Assembly: GCA_046313635.1 (NCBI GenBank)
Contig: JBKBYA010000008.1
Span: 99,786 to 163,785, forward strand
Reading direction: 5' to 3'
Length of the DNA stretch: 64,000 bases
DNA from: Pyrinomonadaceae bacterium
Lineage (GTDB): Bacteria > Acidobacteriota > Blastocatellia > Pyrinomonadales > Pyrinomonadaceae
A program made the position numbers and the translations under genes. The first letter of the stretch is position 1, and each line of letters opens with the position of its first letter. This document shows, piece after piece, positions 57,399 to 64,000 of the stretch. The notes below the pieces were generated by a model. That model made no database searches. It had not been told where the DNA came from and was given only the letters and a program-made list of their open reading frames with translations.

Positions 57399-57626
57399 TC
57401 AGTGATGAGGATGCTCGTCGCTCTCGGCCTCGCGCAGCTTGGACGGGTCCATCAATTTTGAGAACTGCTCGAAGTGGAACATCGAGTCGTCCCTGCAGTT
57501 CTCGCAGTAGAAGGACACGTCCTCGCCGAGATACATATCCTTGAGGTGAAACGCGATGAAGCAGCCATAGCACCGCTGCACGCGGCGGCCGAATTCCGTC
57601 AAGAGCTTGTCGTTAGGATCGGACAT
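57399..57626 (-). CDS. Small putative zinc-binding protein (75 aa)
   Basis: CYGC...CENC and a C-terminal HPHH; ATG at 57626 lies outside the repeat region. Confidence 0.7.
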   Translation of the reverse strand: MSDPNDKLLTEFGRRVQRCYGCFIAFHLKDMYLGEDVSFYCENCRDDSMFHFEQFSKLMDPSKLREAESDEHPHH

Positions 57627-57698
57627 TAAAACGTGTAATCGCAGCCGCGTGCATCTGGGCGCGTGCGTTTGATCAAAAGCGTCGGAACTGCCCAGGAA

Positions 57699-57962
57699 GT
57701 TTGGCAGCGGATGAAGCGGATGAGCAGTATTGGACGGATCAAACAAAACAAGTAACCGCGTCATCCGAGCAGACGGTTATCGCCTTCGATCCGCTTCATC
57801 CGCTTCATCCGCTGCCAAACACCTCGCATACCCAGTTCTCGATCGGTCAGCAAAACTTTGCATCGGATAAAGCGGATAGGTCGGATAAGACGGATCAGAC
57901 TTCTATCGACTGCAAATCCGCTTAATCCGCCCGAACCGTTTTATCCGCTGCCAAACACCTCG
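57699..57962. repeat. Two tandem palindromes with 9-bp arms (GCGGATGAA/TTCATCCGC)
   Basis: Both units end in atccgctgccaaacacctcg. Confidence 0.85.
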
Positions 57963-57983
57963 TGGGCCATCCAAGGTAAGCCT

Positions 57984-58763
57984 CTACTTGACCACACCGC
58001 GCTTCGACCACTCGATAAACTCAACGAGCAGGTCGACCTCGGGCGAGCCTTTGATCTCCTCGCGGATACGCTTTACGGCCTGCGTCGTGTTGAGCTTGGC
58101 GCTGAGCAGCAGGTGAAAGGCGTGGCCGAGCTGCTCGATCGTCTCTTTTGAATACCCTCGGCGGCGCATCCCGACGCGGTTAAGGCCGTAGCATTTGGCA
58201 TGATTGCCCTGGATGATGGCAAAGGGCATCGCATCTTTGACGACGACCGAGTAGCCGCCGATAAAGGCCTCGCGGCCGACGCGGCAGAATTGATGCACGC
58301 CTGAATACGCCCCGACATTCGCGCGGTCGGCGATCTCGACGTGGCCCGCGAGCGTCGCGGCATTTGCCATTATGATCTCGCTGCCGAGCTGGCAGTCGTG
58401 GGCGACGTGCGCCTGCGCCATCAGCAGATTGCGGTCGCCGATGCGCGTCACGCCGCCGCCGCCCTCTGTGCCGCGATGGATCGTGACAAATTCGCGAATG
58501 TGATTGCGGCTGCCGATCACGACCGACGTCGGCTCGCCCGCGTACTTGAGGTCCTGAGGCGCGAGGCCGATCGAGACGAACGGGTAAATGTGATTGTCCT
58601 CTCCGATCGTCGTGCGGCCGTCGACGACGACATGCGACTCGAGACGGCTGCCGCCGCCGAGCGTGACCTCGTCGCCGATCGTGCAGTACGGGCCGATATG
58701 ACAATCGTCGCCGATCCGAGCCGAAGGGCTGACGATCGCTGACGGATGTATAAAGGTGGGCAT
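57984..58763 (-). CDS. lpxA: UDP-N-acetylglucosamine acyltransferase
   Basis: Hexapeptide repeats, PQDLKY, HVAHDC and VHQF. Confidence 0.96.
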   Translation of the reverse strand: MPTFIHPSAIVSPSARIGDDCHIGPYCTIGDEVTLGGGSRLESHVVVDGRTTIGEDNHIYPFVSIGLAPQDLKYAGEPTSVVIGSRNHIREFVTIHRGTEGGGGVTRIGDRNLLMAQAHVAHDCQLGSEIIMANAATLAGHVEIADRANVGAYSGVHQFCRVGREAFIGGYSVVVKDAMPFAIIQGNHAKCYGLNRVGMRRRGYSKETIEQLGHAFHLLLSAKLNTTQAVKRIREEIKGSPEVDLLVEFIEWSKRGVVK

Positions 58764-58794
58764 CGGAGTTCCTCAAACAGCGACGCGAGTATTC

Positions 58795-59028
58795 TTATGA
58801 AGCGACATCAGGCCGCTTCAAGACCAACCACGTGAACACCACGGCTGACGGCACCGAAAGCAACAGTCCGAGTGTGCCCACTATCGTGGTTACTATTAGG
58901 CCCAGTATCCCTAAGCGCGTCTTCCCTTTCCTAATCCCGGCTATCAGCGGAATTAGGCCAAGCAGAAAGCCCGCGGCCATACCCGCTAGAGCGGTGTAAA
59001 GGATGAATTCGCTGCGAGTAAATTCCAT
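58795..59028 (-). CDS. Small hydrophobic membrane protein (77 aa)
   Basis: ATG ORF co-oriented between fabZ and lpxA; 2-3 TM helices. Confidence 0.65.
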   Translation of the reverse strand: MEFTRSEFILYTALAGMAAGFLLGLIPLIAGIRKGKTRLGILGLIVTTIVGTLGLLLSVPSAVVFTWLVLKRPDVAS

Positions 59029-59041
59029 AACTTTTCGGATC

Positions 59042-59497
59042 CTATTTGGCTCTTCGATCCGCGATCACCGACAGTATCTCGGCCTCGCAGGCGACCTGGC
59101 CGTCGACCGTGGCGACGCCCTTCATCTTTTGCACCTTGCTGCCGATACGCAGCGCGGTCACCTCGAGCCGCAGCGTATCGCCGGGCACGACCGGACGGCG
59201 AAATCGAGCGTTCTCGATGCCGGTGAAGAAAGGTATCTTCTCGTCGCGATCATCAAACTCTCGAAGTGCGAGGATCGCACCGACCTGCGCGAGAGCCTCG
59301 ATCTGCAGCACGCCCGGCATCACCGGCGCACCCGGAAAGTGCCCGTTAAAAAACTCCTCGTTGGCGGTCACCTGCTTGATCCCGACGATGCGGGCCTTTG
59401 GCTCGAGCTCGACGATCCTGTCCACCATCAGGAACGGGTAGCGATGCGGCAGGATCTGCTGGATCGCGACTGAATCGAGTATCACGTTTTCGCTCAT
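59042..59497 (-). CDS. fabZ: 3-hydroxyacyl-ACP dehydratase
   Basis: LPHRYPF and [20 protein letters not shown]. Confidence 0.96.
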   Translation of the reverse strand: MSENVILDSVAIQQILPHRYPFLMVDRIVELEPKARIVGIKQVTANEEFFNGHFPGAPVMPGVLQIEALAQVGAILALREFDDRDEKIPFFTGIENARFRRPVVPGDTLRLEVTALRIGSKVQKMKGVATVDGQVACEAEILSVIADRRAK

Positions 59498-59603
59498 CGA
59501 CTGGTGCTTGCTGTCCGGAGGCCTAAACTAAAAATCAGAAGCCAGTAGAAGCTAAACTTCGACCGGCTCCTGATGAAAGGTTAAAAAACTGTCAGGCAAA
59601 AAT

Positions 59604-60242
59604 CTACTGCCGCGGGGTCGTCGCCGGAACGGCGGCAGTGGCCGCACCCGCCGGACGCGCGTTGTAGTAGGCGATAAACTCCTTTGTGACGTCGTACTTG
59701 TCGTCAAAGCCGAGCAGGATCTGGGCCTCCTGCAGACGCAGACCGTCGAGGATCACGGCGTAGCCTTTTGCCTTGGCAAACTCATTCATCGCCTTGACGA
59801 TGTCGCCGTAGATCGGCCCGATGACCGCATCCTGGCGGCGGTCGTAACGGGCCTTGGCATCTTCTTGCTTGCGCTTGATGTCCTTTTCAAGGTCGGCGAT
59901 AACGGTCGCGTCGGCGGCCAGGGCTTCCTGGTTGACCGGCACGCCGGTCGCGTTCTTCTTCTTATTGAAGGCATCGACCTTGTTCTGGTAGTCCTGCAAC
60001 ATCTTGTTCAACTCGTCGTTGACGGGCTTGAACTCGGCGTCGAGAGCGGCGATCGCATTCTTGAATTTCGTGATGCCCGCTCCGGGCTTGTCCTCGAGAA
60101 ACATCGACGTGTTTACGATACCGATCTTACCGGCCCCCGCGGGCGTGGTCTGCGGCGCGCCGCTGGCCTGGGCAAATGCCGAAGCGGCGAAGGCCGTGGC
60201 CGCAAAAATAAAGCTGGCGGCTATCAGATTCAATCTCTTCAT
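59604..60242 (-). CDS. skp: Skp/OmpH periplasmic chaperone
   Basis: Signal peptide, KIGIVN, a coiled coil and DVTKEFI; downstream of bamA. Confidence 0.85.
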   Translation of the reverse strand: MKRLNLIAASFIFAATAFAASAFAQASGAPQTTPAGAGKIGIVNTSMFLEDKPGAGITKFKNAIAALDAEFKPVNDELNKMLQDYQNKVDAFNKKKNATGVPVNQEALAADATVIADLEKDIKRKQEDAKARYDRRQDAVIGPIYGDIVKAMNEFAKAKGYAVILDGLRLQEAQILLGFDDKYDVTKEFIAYYNARPAGAATAAVPATTPRQ

Positions 60243-60423
60243 TTGTGTGTATTACTCCTTAAACTCTGAAAAAGCTATGGGCGGTCTAGTGCATCTGCTT
60301 TGAGACTCGAACGCCCCGAATTGTTGCCCGTTCATCTATACGCGGCCAAAAGAAAGGCAATGTTAAGTTATCGAATTTTCGATGTCAAAACGCTCGCCGC
60401 TCTCGTCGGTACGACGGACGCGA

Positions 60424-63400
60424 TTAGAACGTGCGGCCGACCGTGAACCTGAAGCCGTTTCGCTTGCCCGGCAGGAATATTCCGGGCAGCTCCTCCGTAA
60501 AGCCGAGTTTGGCGTTCGGGTTGTAGTAATAGATCAGGCGGAACGGCACGTTGACGATCGGCACCTGCACCCTAAGCTCGAGGCCGACGCTCGAACGAAA
60601 GTCGCCCAGCTTGCCAAAGACCGCCTCGTTCGCCTTGAGCAGCCGATTCTGCTGGGCCTCACCCCGCAGGAAAAGCGGCTGTATCTGGGGAGAAAGCTGT
60701 GTCGGGCACCCAAAGCGATTGCCGCCGCAAAACTCCGTGATGAAATCGGTCTGCGTCAGGATGCGGCCGCGATAGTAGAGCAGCGCGCCGAAGCTCGGCT
60801 CGAGCTGCGGCGTGTTTCTCAGCGCCAGGGCCGTCACGCTGCCCGCGCCGAGGAACGTGTCGTCGGGCAGGAATTCGCTGTTGACGATCTGCGTGCCCGT
60901 TTGCCGCAGATTGAATGCCGAGCCGACGTCGGCAAAGACCGCGAGCGTCGCCGGGCCAAAGATCGGAACGCGATACTCCACATTCGCGAGCAGCTCGGTG
61001 TCGCCGCCGATGAACTGAAAGTTCTTTGAAAAGAGCGAAGGATTCGCACCGCTAAAGCCCGTCAGACTGCCGAGTGCCGCAAGCTCCGCCGCGTCGCGCG
61101 AGTTAAGACCGGTAAGCGTGCTGACGTCGCCGTTCGGATTTACGGCGACCCGCACGTTACGCGTCGTTACGTAAGTGTCAAAGGGAGCAACCGGGCCGAG
61201 AGCTCGGTTGTTGTAGCCGCGGATGTCGTTCTCGCTGCCGAGAAAGTACCGCTCGTAGATCGGCACGCCGCCGACGAACGAGATCGAATTCGCATTGCGG
61301 ATCTTGTCCGAGACGGCATAGCTGCCGATCGTCGCGCCCACCACGCGGAATGCAAAGACCTCGGGGTTTTTCGACTTTCGCCGGCGAACGGGTATGAACT
61401 TTGAATAGCTGACGGTCGGATTGTACGTCCGGACGTCGCCGCCCAAACCGGCAAGGGCCATCGATACAGACAGCTGACTGCCGCTGAGCGTGTCGATGCC
61501 GTTTGCCGCCGGCTGCCTCGTGTCGTACACAAAGGAGCCCGTGATGCGGCTTGTGATGATATTCGGCTGACGGAAAATGACCGGGATCCGCTGGGTCGGA
61601 TCGCCCGACTCGTTTACCTGCGGGTCCTGTATGCTGGTCGCCGAGAATTGGTATGTCAGGCCCAGCCGCGAAAATTGTGTGAAGCGGCGCTTCTTGAAAA
61701 GCAGCTCCGAGAGCGGTGCCGTCGCAAAGACCGACGCGCCGTACGTCGACTGCGTGAACAAGTTTCGCGGGTCGGTCGTCAGAGCGGCGGCCGGGTCAAA
61801 GGCGAGCTGGTTGAGCAGGTCTGTATTCTGCGAAAGGAAAGTTCCCTCGCCAAAGAATCGGTAGCGGGTCGCAAAGAGCGACACGCCGACCGAGATCGGA
61901 CGATTTCGGAAGTACGGCTCCTGGTACGTGATCTGAAAGCTCTGCTGCCGATTGCCCGCGCCGAGAGCGATCGAGAGGATCTCGCCGCGGCCCGCCAGAT
62001 TGTTGGTCGAATATTCGAGACCGAAGAACGATCCGCCCAGACCGCCGACACCGCCGTTGAACGAGATCTGCTGGCGGCCCTTCTCCTTGACCTTGACGAT
62101 CAGGTCCACGTCGCCCTGCTCGTCGTCGGTGCGGATCTCGACGTCCTTTTCCTTGTCGATCGGGTCGAAGTACTGCGTCTGGTTGAGACGCGCGACCGAG
62201 ATCTCGAGGTAGTTCTGGTTGTAGATGTCGCCCTCGTTCAGCAGGAACTCGCGTCGCATCACGCGGTCGCGCGTAAAGGTGTTGCCGGTAAATTCCAGCC
62301 GCCGAAGCGTGAACTGCTTGCCCTCGTCGATCGTGATCGTGATATCGACGATGCCTTCTTTCGGATTGGTCGGATTGTCCTTGAACTCAGGCTCAAACTC
62401 TGCGTTGTACTGCACAAAGCCCTGCGAGCCGTACGCCTTTTTGAGGTCCTCGTAGACCGCGTCCTGCAGACGCTTGCCGTCGGCGATCTCGCCCTTCTTG
62501 AGACCGACCGCGTTCAGTATCTGCTGTTCCGAAAAGATCGAGTTGCCCTCGACCTTGAGCTCTCCGACGCGAAAGATCTTGCCTTCCGTCACTGGGACGG
62601 TGATCTTGAGCGTGTCGTCCTTTGACGAAATGAGCGGCAGAGGCAGCGTGATCAGCGGGATAAAATCGGTGCGTTTGACGCCGAGGCCCTCGACCTGCGG
62701 CTCACCGATACGGGCCTGAAAGTAGCCCTTAGAGAACATATACGAACGGACGTTACGCTGCAGGTCGTATTCGAGCTTGCGGAGGTCGAGAATGTCCTGG
62801 CCCTTGAAGCGCGAGATCAGCCCGGTCTCTTTGACGTACTGGAGCGCATTCCGCAGTTCGCCGTCCTTGAAGTGCTCGTTGCCGACAAAATCGATGTCGA
62901 TGATGCGCGAGCGATTGCCCTGCTCGATGTTGAATGTGATCGCGACTGATGTCGCCGAGACCTCTTCTTCAGCGACGGTGACCTTTGCGTTCGGGTAGCC
63001 CTTGGTTGCGAGCAGCTCGCGCAGGATGCGTGTCGCGCCGCGGGCCTTTACGGGGTCGTAGACCGACTCTTTCGCGATGCCCGCACGCTGCTCGCGAAAG
63101 GCCTTGAGCACGTCCGACTCCTGCACGGCCTTGAGCCCCTCAAATCGAAGATCGCGGATGATCGGCAGCTCGCGAACTTCGAAGATGACATTCACTCCGC
63201 CGCGGGTTCCCGGCTCGGTCAGGACGCGCGTCGCGGTCTTGTCAAAAAAGTTGAGCGACAGCAGCTCTTTGAGGTCACGCTCGAGGGCGGCCGGGTCGTA
63301 AACGTCGCCGGGCCGCGTCTTGATGTAGTAGAGCAGGTCTTCGTCGCGGAGCCTGCGGTTGCCCTGTATGTCGACGCTCTCGACGACCTGCTGAGCGACG

Positions 63401-63504
63401 GTCGCCAATCCGAAAGCGGCACTTGCGCCCGTTCCGGCCTGGTTCGATCCGGCCAAAACGATGATGCTCAAAAATACGAGCCCGAACGCGCGGAGAATGT
63501 GCAT
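60424..63504 (-). CDS. bamA: Outer membrane protein assembly factor BamA
   Basis: POTRA repeats, IRGY, and C-terminal FRFTVGRTF. Confidence 0.95.
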   Translation of the reverse strand: MHILRAFGLVFLSIIVLAGSNQAGTGASAAFGLATVAQQVVESVDIQGNRRLRDEDLLYYIKTRPGDVYDPAALERDLKELLSLNFFDKTATRVLTEPGTRGGVNVIFEVRELPIIRDLRFEGLKAVQESDVLKAFREQRAGIAKESVYDPVKARGATRILRELLATKGYPNAKVTVAEEEVSATSVAITFNIEQGNRSRIIDIDFVGNEHFKDGELRNALQYVKETGLISRFKGQDILDLRKLEYDLQRNVRSYMFSKGYFQARIGEPQVEGLGVKRTDFIPLITLPLPLISSKDDTLKITVPVTEGKIFRVGELKVEGNSIFSEQQILNAVGLKKGEIADGKRLQDAVYEDLKKAYGSQGFVQYNAEFEPEFKDNPTNPKEGIVDITITIDEGKQFTLRRLEFTGNTFTRDRVMRREFLLNEGDIYNQNYLEISVARLNQTQYFDPIDKEKDVEIRTDDEQGDVDLIVKVKEKGRQQISFNGGVGGLGGSFFGLEYSTNNLAGRGEILSIALGAGNRQQSFQITYQEPYFRNRPISVGVSLFATRYRFFGEGTFLSQNTDLLNQLAFDPAAALTTDPRNLFTQSTYGASVFATAPLSELLFKKRRFTQFSRLGLTYQFSATSIQDPQVNESGDPTQRIPVIFRQPNIITSRITGSFVYDTRQPAANGIDTLSGSQLSVSMALAGLGGDVRTYNPTVSYSKFIPVRRRKSKNPEVFAFRVVGATIGSYAVSDKIRNANSISFVGGVPIYERYFLGSENDIRGYNNRALGPVAPFDTYVTTRNVRVAVNPNGDVSTLTGLNSRDAAELAALGSLTGFSGANPSLFSKNFQFIGGDTELLANVEYRVPIFGPATLAVFADVGSAFNLRQTGTQIVNSEFLPDDTFLGAGSVTALALRNTPQLEPSFGALLYYRGRILTQTDFITEFCGGNRFGCPTQLSPQIQPLFLRGEAQQNRLLKANEAVFGKLGDFRSSVGLELRVQVPIVNVPFRLIYYYNPNAKLGFTEELPGIFLPGKRNGFRFTVGRTF

Positions 63505-63835
63505 ATAAAACGATTCCTAAAAATGCAATTTTGATTAAGCCGTTACGGGCCGAATCTCGCGCCGCTGCCTGAGATCACGCTGGGGAAAGAATGCGGCGGC
63601 CGGTCCATTTGCTGGTCGAAATACGCGAAGTTTGATTCTGCCCCATACGGGCAGGTTGCTTTGCGGGCCTCTCCAGCAAACCTCCGGATTATACAAGTAA
63701 AAGAATCAAAAGGAAAAAGCCGAGGTGAGCGCAAACATTGATAAAAGGCCGCTTTCAGGCGGCTTTCGCCGAGCCAACGCGTCAAGGTCCGCCGCCGAGG
63801 ACGCGAAGGTTCTTCTCCGCGTCGACGGCGGAAAC

Positions 63836-63911
63836 AAACAGGATGGACAGGATGAGCAGGATGAGTTGAGCTTGGCTCTCTCGCATCCTGCCGATCCTGT
63901 CCATCCGGTTT
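63836..63911. repeat. Palindrome with 9-bp arms (ACAGGATGG family)
   Basis: aaacaggatggacaggatgagcaggatg ... catcctgccgatcctgtccatccggttt. Confidence 0.88.
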
Positions 63912-64000
63912 GAATCGCGCCGGCTTTATCTCACGGCGAGGCTCGGCACGGGGACGTCGCCGGTCGTGCCGAACGGGGTGATCTGGACTCCGCCGGTCGA

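Overview
A GC-rich bacterial chromosome segment made mostly of housekeeping genes. Gene content and style suggest Acidobacteriota, probably Blastocatellia/Pyrinomonadaceae-like; this is an inference and no taxonomic search was run. It contains the mreB-mreC-mreD-mrdA-rodA-PBP1A elongasome cluster, lipB, gdx/sugE with a probable guanidine-III riboswitch, a lon-hsp20-CBS cluster, nadA, a pit/DUF47/phoU phosphate module, type IV pilus pilB-X-pilT-pilC, tRNA-Met, a NorD/CbbO-like VWA protein, and bamA-skp-fabZ-lpxA. No prophage, IS transposase, CRISPR array or rRNA was seen. The most interesting items are: (1) a divergent gene pair encoding a secreted Cys/His-rich protein with a faint lysyl-oxidase-like K...GCxDxY signature and a NapH/MauN/CcoG-like membrane polyferredoxin fused to TPRs; (2) an ~80-aa C-terminal domain shared by two otherwise unrelated secreted proteins, a candidate sorting or anchoring tag; (3) about ten palindromic elements whose arms are 7-, 8- or 9-bp microsatellites, one inserted in-frame in a CDS; (4) a highly cationic exported protein inside the pilB-pilT-pilC operon; and (5) several broken genes (amber-interrupted vapC, frameshifted TM2 gene, histidine-kinase remnant).
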